DNA from: Chiloscyllium plagiosum
Lineage: Eukaryota
Direction of reading: 5' to 3'
Assembly (NCBI RefSeq): GCF_004010195.1
Contig: NC_057744.1
Location: 5,428,360-5,492,359, forward strand
DNA: 64,000 nt
Numbering within the stretch: position 1 is the stretch's first letter; each line of letters opens with the position of its first letter. Shown here in pieces: positions 1 through 11,568 of this stretch. A program made the position numbers and the translations under genes. Below the pieces are notes generated by a model that was given only the letters and a program-made list of their open reading frames with translations, was not told where the DNA came from and did not search any database.

Positions 1-111
1 TGTGGCATCAGCGATAATGTGAGGGGCGGAAGTGATGTCACGTGTGATGCATGAGGAATTGTGAGGGGCGGAAGTGGTTGTGGGAGTGGCCGTGATGGGG
101 GCAGAAGTGAC

Positions 112-410
112 CCATCAAGTCCACACCAACCCTCTGAAGAATACCCAGACCCATTCCCCTCCCCTATTATTTTACATTTTCCCCTGACTAATGCAAGTAA
201 CCTACATATCCCTAAACTCTATGGCAATTTAGAATGGCCAATTTACCTGACCTGCACACCTTTGGACTATGGGAGGGAGCCAAAGCACCGAAGGAAACCC
301 ATGCAGATACAAGGAGAACGTGCAAACTTTACACAGACAGTCACCCGAGGCCAGAATTGAACCTGGATCCTTAGTGCTCTGAAGCAGCAGTGCTAACCAC
401 TGAGCCATTG
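112..410 (-). mobile_element. HE1-like V-SINE (diverged)
   Basis: Reverse complement of tRNA-like head (gtggttagcactgctgc) plus V core. Confidence 0.8.
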
Positions 411-598
411 TGCTTTGAGGGGCTGAATGGCCTCTTACTGTGCTGTACTGTTATGTTATTCTGTGATTTATACAATAACATCCCTGACCTCAGGATGCCT
501 TGAAATACTTTACAGCCTTTGAAATACATGTTGATGTAGCTGCTATTAAATACAGAGGAATTCATGTTGCAGAGTTCAGAGAGGTTGGGAGTACATAC

Positions 599-759
599 CA
601 CATTCAGGATCGCATAAACCATGACGTCAATGGCCACTGTCGTTGTTTTCCTCCAATCTCGTACAGGGCGGACTCCCTTGGAATAGTTGGTCATGAGATA
701 GTTCGAAAGCTGGAGTAAACTTGGTCTTGAACCTGCTGTTCGGTTTCCACTTCTCCGTC
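599..759 (-). CDS. HTR3A: 5-HT3 receptor subunit A, coding exon 2 (161 nt); gene continues beyond the left edge
   Basis: Encodes RRSGNRTAGSRPSLLQLSNYLMTNYSKGVRPVRDWRKTTTVAIDVMVYAILNV, matching the 5-HT3A GVRPVRDWRK..V.IDV.VYAILNV motif. Acceptor tttgtcag, donor gtatgt, phase 1 to 0. Confidence 0.93.
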
Positions 760-1272
760 CTGACAAAGCAAAACTCTGAATTGTAGGTGTATCATTAAGA
801 AAAAGAGAGAACTTACAGAGGGGAAGAGAAAAATACACAGTTTTGGGGGAAGAGCTGGAGTGTGAAATGAACTGCACTGCAGTTCAAAAGATCCAGCACA
901 GACCTTGAAGGGCTGAATGGCTTCTTTCCGTGCTGTACTGTTGTGTTATTCTGTGATTTATTCAATAACATTCCTGACTTCAGGGTGCCTTGAAATGCTT
1001 TACAGCTTTTTAAATACTATTTGAAGCAGTTACTATTAAATACAGAGGAAACACGGTAAATCTCCCACAGCAGCAATGAGATAATGGCGAGGTAATCTGT
1101 TTGGCTCAGGGATAACTAATTAAATGAATTTAGAAATATAACTCTAAACATGCTCAAAAATGGAGTACTCTGTGGAATGGTAAAACACACGTAGAGGGAT
1201 CTTCACATTTTCTGACTCTATTGAATAATATTATTGTGTGATTATTAGCCACAATCTCTGTCACAATCTGTG

Positions 1273-1572
1273 GGTTGCACGGTGTCACAGTGGTTAGCAC
1301 TGCTGCCTCAGAGACCCGGGTTCAATTCCTGCCTCAGGCGACTGACTGTGTGGAGTTTACACCTTCTCCCCGTGTCTATGTGGGTTTCTTCTGGGTGCTC
1401 TGGTTTCCTCCCACAGTCCAAAAATGTGCAGGTTAGGTGAATTGGCCATGCTAAATTGCCCGTAGTGTTAGATGTAGGGGAATGGGTCTGGGTGGGTTGC
1501 TCTTCGGAGGATCGGTGTGGACTTGTTGGTCCGAAGGGCCTGTTTCCACACTGTAAGTAATGTAATCTAAAA
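1273..1572 (+). mobile_element. HE1-like V-SINE
   Basis: A box gtggttagcactg, B box ggttcaattcc, V core ccacagtccaaa..ggttaggtgaattggccatgctaaattgccc, LINE-type tail gaagggcctgtttccacactgta. Confidence 0.88.
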
Positions 1573-3269
1573 ACCTACATTCCTGCTGTTTTGTAATCTC
1601 ACTGCTAACGGTCTCTGGGAAAATCACTCTGGATCAGTCATATGTGCTGTTTTAATGCTGTTTGTTTGGATAATATTTTTGGGAGTGTTTAACGTAATTA
1701 ATATTGAGTGCCTGAGGTTGAGTTGATGGAAAAAGTAACAATACTTTGAAATTTGCCAGTTCACCAGTCGCCAACAATTAAAACCAAGAGTGCCAGAGAT
1801 AAACCTGTTGAAGTTAGATAATTGTCCATCATAAATCATTGGGGTGTCTATTTATATTTTATTGTTTAAAAACAGTCAGCAAAAATGCAATGGATCTCTG
1901 CAGGTCCATCAAACTCCACACATTATTTTTTGCCTCGCGATAACTTAAATCACAGGAAATAAAAGATCCTATAATATTGGAACAAGTGCCTACAGTACTA
2001 GCAGAAGTTGTATTCCAAATGGAGTTGTAAATATGCAGTAGAAACCAGGTACTTCATAAAACATTATAAGTTAATAAAGTCTTCCTTCCACTCAATCAGC
2101 CAGCAAAGAAAAGTCTTTCGAAAGCATGGACTGAGAAACTATCAAAAGAGAATTTTCATTAATAGGTGGCATAGTGATCATGTTTCTGGACCAGTAGTCC
2201 AGAGGACTGGACCAGTTCTTCCCAAGGAATCTGGGGAATTTAAATACTGTTCATGAAATGATTCTGGAAAGAAGTTAGATATTAGAGTTCTTGTGGTGCA
2301 GTGGTAATGTCCCTTGTTTGAGCCAGGAGAGGCCCAGGTTCAAATCCAACCTGCTCCAGGTGTGTGTAATAACATCCCTGAACAGGTTTATAAGAAAATA
2401 TAAAAAGTGGGTACCAGTGATGTGCATGGATTGCCATTAAAAAATCCCCCAGGTTCACTAAGTCTTGTGTGGAACATAATTTGCCATCTTTACCCAGTCA
2501 GGCCTCTTTAATACGTAAAAAAATTCCACATTTCATTTCACACTGTCAAAATTACCCTGGTGAGGATACCCGTCAAGAAATGGATGATAGAGAATTGGCA
2601 GCTCACTTTACACTGCATCCATCAATCCAGCCCTGAAATTTTCTTTCTCTTTGAAGTCAATTAGATAGATAGTTACTCAGGTTTTTAATATATTCAGAAG
2701 TGCTCTTACACACAACTGAATATTTTTGTTTCCCCATCACCAAATGACCCATGGTCTTTTTTCATCTACTAACTACACCAATAAAAAGTGACAGTTAACT
2801 GCAACTTCTGTAGCATGAGTACTTCAATCAACTTGGTCAGACGTATTACTACAAGCCTTCTAGAACATAGAACATTACAGCGCATTACAGGCCCTTTGGC
2901 CCTTGATGTTCCACCACCCTGTGGAACCAATCTGAAGCATATCTGTCCTACACTATTCCATTTTCATCCATTTGTTTACCTAATGTTAATCCAATGCCTT
3001 CTGGACAGGTGGAACTTGAACCTGGATCTTTTGGCAGTGAGGTAGGGACACTACTACTTTGCTCAGGTTTGAAGGTGGACTGTTAGTTCACCATCATTGA
3101 TGATCAATGTCACCCTTTCTTTAGCCTCCACCTACCCACCAATGTGGGTTTGGCAGTCTGTCAGAGAGCTGTGTGCATAAGGTCATGAAGCTGAAGATCA
3201 GCTCCCAAGGAAACAAGGAGTCCATTCTGTCTAATCTGGGCTGTGTCCAGCTCCATCAATACTGCAGTC

Positions 3270-3925
3270 ATACAGCACAGTAGAGGCCCTTTGGCCCATC
3301 AAGTCTGTGCAAACATATCCAGCAGTTGGCCCATATCCTTGAATGTTGTGAAATGCTCATCCAAGTACTCTTTAAAGATTGTGAGATTTCCTGCCTTCTG
3401 CTACCCTCCCAGGCAATGCATTCCCACCACCCACTAAGTGAAAAATGTTTCCTCAAATCTCTGCAAAGTTCTGCACTGTTCCAACATAACCTCCCTGCTC
3501 TTATAATCTATACCATGACTGATAAAGACAAGTGTCCTGTATACCTTCTTAACTACAGCCACCTTCAGGGATCTGTGGACAAGAACCCAAGGTTTTTCTG
3601 CTCCTTGGAGCTTCTAGTTTTTTTGCCATTATTCGAGTACTCCTTTGGTTTGTTACATCTTCCAAAATGCATCACCTCACACTTTTCAGGGTTAAATGCT
3701 ATCTACCCATCTACCTGTCTGTATCTTTCTGTAAGTTAAGAACTTCTTCCTCACTATTAACCACTTGATCATTTTCTATATCAGCTGAAAACTTATTTAT
3801 CCCCATATTCTCTGCAATGTCATTTATATTTATCATGAACAATAATGGACCCAGCACTGATCCCTGTGGTATGTAACTGGACACTGGCCTACAGTCACAT
3901 AAACAGCCTTCTCCTGTCAACCCTG
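3270..3925 (-). mobile_element. CR1/HER1-like LINE remnant
   Basis: RT motif PQGSVLGPLLF.I.INDI in ORF 3711-3920, plus 3' tail. Confidence 0.85.
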
Positions 3926-5319
3926 TGCAATATTGGGATCAATGTGTAACAGTGTGAGAATTGGTCAATTTTTCTCTATCTAGCCCAGGGATAGTCAGCC
4001 TCAGCCGATAACAGCTAATCCAGCTCGGAAAATGAATGAATCTTGATCTTCCATCGCACACTGATCAACATAGAGCCTTTGGTAGTTGGATTAATTGGAT
4101 TACCTTCCTTGTTACATATTTATTGTTATTGAAGTGATTTTGCAGTAATGTTCATGTACCAAATCCACCAACAGTGTTTGGAAGAGAGAAACTGCCAATA
4201 AATTGATAGCTGCTGGAACCATTCCTGGCATATTAAACTCCAGAGGGAAAATAAATGCAATTGGAGTTCAATTTAGACTGCTACCTTGTATCAACATACA
4301 ATATTGCAGTAAATTGCCAAACATACATCACAGATGAAGTGCATCTTGTGATGCACTGGTAGTGCCCCTCCCTCAGGGACAGAAGTTCCAGGTTCAAGTC
4401 CCAGCTGCTCAGGAGGTTTATTTCAGCAGGTTGATTGAAATACCTGTACAGCAGGGTTGACTGTCACTTTTCTTTGTTAAAGTGGATCCATATTTATATC
4501 TCAAGAGGGAAGTGAGCAGAAAAACCATGTTATAATCAAGGTGAATGTTGTGGACCAGCTCAAAGTAAAATGACTGCTATTTTACCAATCACCATTAGTT
4601 GGTGACTTTAACCTCTGCAAATGGTCAAATCTAATTTTATCATGGATTGTTGAGTCGCATGTATTGGTTACCATCTTCGGTAACAATCTCTGCTGAACAA
4701 ACTCTAAAACTAAAATTTCACATAAAGCTCAAGTAGTTTAATTACACCAAGGATTCCAACACTTCTCGCCAATCTTTTATTTATCTGTTGCCTAGAAATC
4801 GATCGTTATTCTGCATACAGAGTGTGATTGAAGTGTATCACAGAACCATATAGTTGTGACTGTGCAGAAGAAGCCATTTAGCATTATGAGTTTGGACCAG
4901 CTTCTTGAATCAGCGTGTTGCTTTAAAGCCATCTCCTGCCTTTTCCCCATAAACCTGAATATTGATTCTATTTAAATAAGCATCTAACAGTCTCCCGAAG
5001 GCATCAAATGAATCTGCCTCCCACACATTTCCAGACAATGTGTTCCAGATCCTGATTACTCAGTATGTTAAGGCTTTTCTCTCACACTACGTTTAATTGT
5101 TTTGCAAATGATCTTATTTCTCTGCCTTCTTATTTAAAAATGGGAACAGTTTCTCCCAATTTATTCAGTCTGGGCCCTTTGTGATTTTGAAAACTTCTTT
5201 CAAATATACTCTTTGGCTTGTCCTCTCCACAGAGAATAGTCTCAACTTTCTTCGCAACTGAAGTTCCTCATTCCAGGAAGTATTAAACATTTCAGACGAA
5301 TGTCAGCAAAGACTTTGAT

Positions 5320-5612
5320 GGTAACACTGTTGTCTCGGTCAGGAGGTTGTAGCCTCAAGTCTCACCTGAGTAACTTCAGTACAAAATGTAGGCTGATACC
5401 CCTCCACTGTGTTTTTGAGGGAAGTGAGGTCTCTGTGTAAGATGTTAAACAGTCTAGTCAAGTGGATGTAAAAGATCCCTTAGCACTATTCCCTAGCATA
5501 GTGAAGTTCTTTCCAGTGCCCTGGCAACATTTACCGCTCAACATAAAACGGGTAATCCATTCATGATTGCACTGTTGTTTGTGGGAACTTGCTCTGTGCA
5601 AATTGGCTCTCG
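5320..5612 (+). mobile_element. Deu-core SINE (SacSINE1/AmnSINE-like), old
   Basis: gatgtaaaagatccc..gcactatt..tgtttgtgggaacttgct..caaattggct core. Similar copies near 18620-18930, 23560-23910, 34760-35030, 37240-37530, 38620-38960 (+) and 13640-13815, 50330-50600 (-). Confidence 0.65.
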
Positions 5613-5979
5613 TTTTTAGAATCATACCAGATCCACAATGCATGTGTTTGCAATTATTATTTTATTAAACCGGGAAATGTATAATTATCCCATAGCAATG
5701 AAATTAACACAGCTTTGCTAGTTCTGATGTGTACTTGTTATTCAAGTTTACTGACTCGACAAATTATCAATGAATGTGCTTGGTCTCTCGGTGGGTAGGT
5801 CAATTGCTACGAGATTGTTATTGTTGTTGCTCTGGAGTTACCAGGAGGGTGATGCTCCTACCTTGGGAGAATACACAAAGATTGAGAATCCATGTGTAAG
5901 GAACAATGGGCTGAAATCATCCGTTGTGTCAATCTATAGCTTGCTTCACTGACATAATATCCTCTAACTGTGCGCCATG

Positions 5980-6167
5980 ACATGGAGGTGCCGGTGTCGG
6001 ACTGGGGTGGACAAGGTTAAAAATCACACAACACCAGGTTATAGTACAACAGCTTTATTTAGAAACACAAGCTTTCTGAGCACTGCTCCTTCATTCACTA
6101 CCTGAAAGCTAGTGCTTCCAAATAAACCTGTTGGACTATAACCTGGTGTTGTGTGATTTTTAACTCT
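5980..6167. mobile_element. Fold-back Penelope-like terminal-repeat fragment (family 2)
   Basis: Inverted arms aaaaatcacacaacaccaggttatagt / actataacctggtgttgtgtgattttt. Relatives at 22080-22280, 28720-28855, 60758-60945. Confidence 0.6.
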
Positions 6168-6327
6168 GGAGAAAGTGAGGACTGCAGATGCTGGAGATCA
6201 GAGCTGAAAAATGTGTTGCTGGAAAAGCGCATGGCTGAAGAAGGGCTTATGCCCGAAACGTCGATTCTCCTGCTCCTTGGATGCTGCCTGACCTGCTGCG
6301 CTTTTCCAGCAACACATTTTTCAGCTC
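6168..6327. mobile_element. Penelope-like fold-back insertion (family 1) with 14-bp TSD
   Basis: tgatttttaactct at 6154-6167 and 6328-6341. Perfect 34-bp inverted arms at 6198-6231 and 6297-6330. Confidence 0.75.
6235..6262 (+). ncRNA. Minimal hammerhead ribozyme core
   Basis: CUGAAGA-A-GGGC-UUAU-GCCC-GAA-ACGU-C. The 5' strand of helix I is lost at the inversion junction. Confidence 0.6.
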
Positions 6328-6479
6328 TGATTTTTAACTCTAACTGTGAGAAGAGAGAGTGGAGAACTGACCTCCCAATAAATCCATTTGTCAGTCTTGT
6401 TCCACATATATTTGTCCACAATGATTTCATTTTTATTCTGTTCTATTCTGGCACTAATGGTTAAGAATAAAGAACAAGG

Positions 6480-7312
6480 AACAATTTAGCACAGGAGCAG
6501 GTCCTTACCTACTAAAGTCTACACCGACACATGATGTCTTTCTAAACTGAAAACCTTTGCCTCTATGCAGTCTGTATCCTTCTATTCTCTGCCTATCATG
6601 TATCTGCCAAAATGCCTATCATGTATCTTAAATATTGCTATTGTACCTGTCTCCACCACCTCCTCTGGCAGCACATTCCAGGTATTTATCACCCTCTGTA
6701 TAAAAAAAAACCTGCCTACCCCCTTTTACTTTACACTTATGTCCCCTAGTAATTGACAGCTCTATACTGGGAAAATGACTCTGACCATCCATTCTATCTA
6801 TGCCTCTCATAATTCTGTAAACCTCTATCCGGTCAGCTCTCATCCTTCGATGCGAAAAGTGTAAACAAACAGAGTTTATCTTATTTCTCAAAGCTAATAC
6901 ATTGCAAACCAGGCGACATCCTGGTAAACCATTTCTACCCTCTCCAAGGCCTCCCAACCTTCTGGTAGCATGGTGACCAGAACTGTACACAATATTCCAA
7001 ATGTGGCCTAACTAAAGTTCTATACAGCTGCAGCATGACTTATCAATTTTTATACTCTATGCCCTGACTGATGAAGGCAAGCATCCTGAATGTCTTTTTG
7101 ACAACCTTATCCACTTCTTTTGCCACCTTCAGTGAACTGTGGACCTGTATATTTAGATCTCTCTATTTGTTATTACTACTAAGGGTTCTGCCATTTAGTG
7201 TATATTTCCCTCTTGCAATAGATCTTCCAAAAATGCATCCCTTCCCATTTGTCCAGATTAAACTCCATTTGCCATTTCTCTGCCCATGTCTCCAGCCTAC
7301 CTATATCCTGTT
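6480..7312 (-). mobile_element. CR1/HER1-like LINE 3' remnant
   Basis: WAEKWQMEFN and RRMRADRIEVYRIMRG motifs, frameshifted. Confidence 0.85.
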
Positions 7313-7874
7313 GTTTAAGAGCAGTCTGGAAAATGCAATGGAATAATTCATTCATTTTGCATTGTTGATTATCAACTTCACTATTGCTAGTGAAAACTAT
7401 CAAATATAAACAAGTGATTCATTATTTTGGAAGTACGTGCAAACATCTGCGCTCCAATTTTAAAGATCTTTTAGTTGAAGACTCAGAATGGGCCACTTGC
7501 CAAGACTAGCTGGACAGCTTATTTATCCAAAAGCTGTGATTTTCTTGGTGGATTAAGAGGACCACAATGGACCATGTGTAATCTCATATTGGCATGTCTC
7601 CTTTCTGCTAAATCTGCTAATGACCAATCATGGCAGCAAAGTCCATTTAAGTTTTAGATCACAAAGTGGCATTTGAACGCATTACATGGCAGTTAAAATT
7701 GATTTATACTATCCAATTTAAGGACGAGCATTACAAATATTCAGATCTAAACAGGCCCTATGGAAGAAATTTGTCAGGACACTTAACAAGCAGTATATCC
7801 AGCTGGATAAGGATGGGATATAAAGGGGCAATTGTACACATTTGATTTCAAAGGAATAGTAAAGATGGACCTAC

Positions 7875-7938
7875 CTTCAGAAAGCAACAGTGCTGTGAAA
7901 ATCAAGGGAACAGATGCCCAGAAAGAGTAGAAGTTCAT
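7875..7938 (-). CDS. HTR3A: 5-HT3A coding exon 1 (signal peptide MNFYSFWASVPLIFTALLLSE-G)
   Basis: ATG, 21 mostly hydrophobic codons plus 1 nt, then donor GTAGGT. Phase 1 fits the exon 2 acceptor. Not in the ORF track. Confidence 0.75.
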
Positions 7939-10900
7939 CTTTGTCTTTCTGAATTCCACAAAGCAATGTTAACCAGTGACTTTCTCAGATGCCTCTGTGC
8001 AGCAGTGATGGCAGGTGGACCTAAAACTCTCTGGGACTTATGGTCTTCTCTTTCCATTAAAATGAAGCTCAGCTCATATCCTCAAATCCGTGGGCAATTT
8101 TTCTTTTGCCTGCCCTCCTCTTGTGTCTTGCAGCTTCGGATGATTAATTGTCTACGTAATCAGATATGAAAGACAGATCTGCATCGGGTTTCAGTCCATA
8201 CTGCTGGCTGATGTCATTCCTGTGCTCTGACTCTTCTGTACTGCCTAAAAGCCCCACTGACTCCTGCAGCAACAGCTAGCTCACAGAGCAACAACCAAGA
8301 TAGAAATCACATTCAAATAAATGGTAGCGGACAGACATAAAAACAACTGGGCCGAAGATAGAGCGATGACATTTAATGGACTATGATTGGATCAATATTA
8401 TAATTTGTGTGGATAATAGTTCCTTATGACCCGACAGTAGAGGGTTTAAAATGTCGAAAATTTCATTAATTTGTAGAATCTTTTTATTGAACAATTGATT
8501 AGGTCATAAACAAAGGAACCAAAGATTCATGATAATGACATGCTTTCCAGTTTTATAGACGCTGTCACTGAGGGGAGAAGTAGGATCTAATACATGGGGT
8601 TAAACATATCACTGTTAATTGGTGACCACGAGTCTCTCCCCTTTGCCTGTGTTGTAGTCTTCCACAGACAACACTAAACCAAATTCATCTTCTCTGTCAA
8701 TGTTTCACAATAAATTTTCCAACAAGGAAATAATTCATACTACATCTCAGTTCTTCAGAAGCCGTCTGGAAGGAGGTATAGGGGAATAGTTTGTTACGGA
8801 GACAGGGAGAAGGCAAGAAACAAGAGACAGACTTAATCCAATTGTCTAACAGTTTACTAATGGTGCTAATGGGTCGGCCTGCCTATCTTCATAGTTGTCT
8901 TCTTTCAATAATGTAATAAAACAGAGTCACTTAGCATCACATTTCATACCGAGAGGGAAAATGTAATGATGTGTGTTTGTCTGTCTGTGCTCTGCACTTG
9001 ATATTTTCCCAAAGGAATCTCTTCCTTCCAGCCTGGAAACAATCGAGCCTACTCATAATCAGGTCAAATGACTTACAGCAAATTTACAAAGTAGATCAAC
9101 TGTAACCAAATCGTATTAAAATGACCAGAAGTATGATCAGTTTCTTCATGAATTACTGTCAATGCTGGGATTCATACACTTAGAAAAGAGCACTTTCTTA
9201 AAAACAAAATAACAATATTAATTAAATTTGATCCAAAATTATTGTGAGATTTTTCATTATCAATAACACACAGGAGAATGTGATACTATTAGCAGAGATT
9301 TAATATCATTTAAGTGAGTTATTAAAACATTTTCTTTCAATGTCTGCTGTCAAATCTTAACTCCTCTGACTCCTGAACTGAAACAGAGCTACTGTCAGCA
9401 GTAAGCTTTTCCATTTCCATTTTTCTGAAAATCTGATAAAATGCCCTCTTTTGCATTCCATAGCTAAATCATGAGGAATTATGTGGAGGGGTAAATTTTC
9501 ACCTGACACTTACACAATTGACACCTGAAGATCCACCAAAAAGTGAAGCTTTGAGGAATGCACATTTTGGCCACTCTCTTATTGCCACAGATCCTGCCTC
9601 ATGTGACACAGTGAATAGACAGATTCTGGGATAGTTATAGGACTCTTTCTGTAATTCTCAGGTCCCAATGGTAGAGTCAGATACTGGTGCCACCAGCCCT
9701 TTTCCAATCATAAATCAGAAGAAATTCTTGATTGAGCACAAGAATAAGTTATAGTCAGATGGAGCACACTCACCCATTCGTACACATACCAACTCATTTC
9801 GTTTTTAAGTGTCACTTTTGTTTCAATGCCTCAAGTGAAGAAGGTGCTCAGCTATGAAACTGAATTGGAGAAAACTGGGGCTGTTCTCCTTCGAGATGGT
9901 TGAAAGGAGGTTCGGTAGAGATGTTCAAAGTCATGAGCAATTGGAGCAGTGCAGATAGGGACAGTCTATTCCCATCGGTGGAAAGACACTGATCTCAGGT
10001 AAGCGAGGAGCAGTGTTCCATCTGAATAAGGAAGACACAACATTTGACATATGTACCTTTGTCATAAGGCTCTCCAGCTGAAAGTGATGATCATTACAAC
10101 AATAAACTCTCATGTGAAAACACTCCAATAAATAAGATGGCAGTGTTCGACGTGGAGTGCACACTTTCTCATCCAGGAATTATAGTGGAAGAGTACATGG
10201 AAAATTTCCTTTGTTTTAGTCTTATTTTACATGCATTGAGGTGCTTTTTCATTTTTGACATTTTCTCCCAAGTCTTCTTCTTCCGGAAAATCGCAGACAA
10301 TGAGATGGTGCAGTAAAGATATACAAGGATGATGCTAGAACCTGTGATGATATTATGGGTTTAAGATGTGTATTTGTCCTGATTTGTTTTATGAAAAGAG
10401 GTTGAGACAGAGGTCCAAGCGGACTGCTTCAAGTCAATAAAGTAAACAGTTTGTAAGGTCTTGCATTTTCTTTTAAAGTTGGAACAATAGAAGAACAGGT
10501 GGAGTCAAGCTCCCAATCTATTTTGCTGAATTTGCCTTTGTCAAGGGTGTGTTTTTGGGATATTACTATGTTGGAACAATTAGTGTTTAGTAGTTAAATA
10601 ATCTATTCTTCTGTTAAATTTTCCAATAGCGTAAGATTATTCCAGTCCTTCTTTCTTTGTATTTTAAATATAGTGTATGAATAAAGTTTGTTTGAACACC
10701 TTTATCACAGTTTGTCTTGATCTTCTGTGTGCTACTGGACTAAAGCTTACTTGCCTATAACTAAAAACACCCATCTGAAACATTAAGTCAATAAACCTAC
10801 TTTTAGCCTCATTGTGACCTTGACATGCTTCCTAAGGTAGAGGTGCTCAAAATTGGATCTTATATTCTAACTAAAGTTGAAACAATTATTTTAACAGAAT

Positions 10901-11449
10901 GTTTAAAAAAAGCAGAGTAGACCAGTCAACATTTCAGTCTTGCCTTACACTCAAAATGCTCATAGCTGAATGTCTGCCTCAACTCCACTTGCATATTATT
11001 CAATTCCATTAGACCTCAAATCCATCCATTTTGGTAGGTGTTTGGATACTGAAGTCTCAGAGAATATTGGGAATAAAATCTCTGTTGTCTGTAAAAGCCC
11101 TATGTGTAATTAATTTTGGCAGTCTCAATCCAGCTTTCACCAAGCATTTGTGTGAAGTGTCAAACTATCCCTCATAAGACTTATTAATAATAACATTCAG
11201 ACAGTCTGACACTGGTTTGGTGCTCTTCCTAGTATTGGAGAGAAGCCAATGGTTGTTGGTGGTGCAGATATTACTTGCCCGGTCCATACCTGACCTGTAA
11301 TTGTTTGCCGTGACACTTGATTTGGAACTGAAAGTGTTCCGTTCCTCATTTATGCTCACTTTCACTTCAATGAGCAGAACCAACTCCACTAAACTGCTCC
11401 CCTTTCCCTTGCTAAATTTTCTCACCTGATGTTGACATGATATTCCATC

Positions 11450-11568
11450 GCTGAAAAATGTTTTGCTGGAAAAGCGCAGCAGGTCAGGCAGCATCCAAGG
11501 AGCAGGAGAATCGACGTTTCGGGCATCAGCTCTGATCTCCAGCATCTGCAGTCCTCACTTTCTCCTAG
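11450..11568. mobile_element. Penelope-like family 1 insertion with 13-bp TSD
   Basis: atgatattccatc at 11437-11449 and 11569-11581. Internal inversion. Confidence 0.75.

Noticed and set aside
1273-1335. tRNA-like A and B boxes here and at other SINE heads
   Set aside because: SINE heads continuing into the V core; no complete cloverleaf.
6098-6464. Recurrent ORFs with PETSILLLLGCCLTCCAFPA (also near 11422, 48385, 48416, 62619)
   Set aside because: Translations of the non-coding Penelope-like terminal repeat, not a peptide gene family.
8186-8208. REST/RE1-like motif upstream of the HTR3A ATG (minus strand CAGCAGTATGGACTG)
   Set aside because: At least three mismatches in the core half-sites of CAGCACCnnGGACAG; too weak without conservation data.
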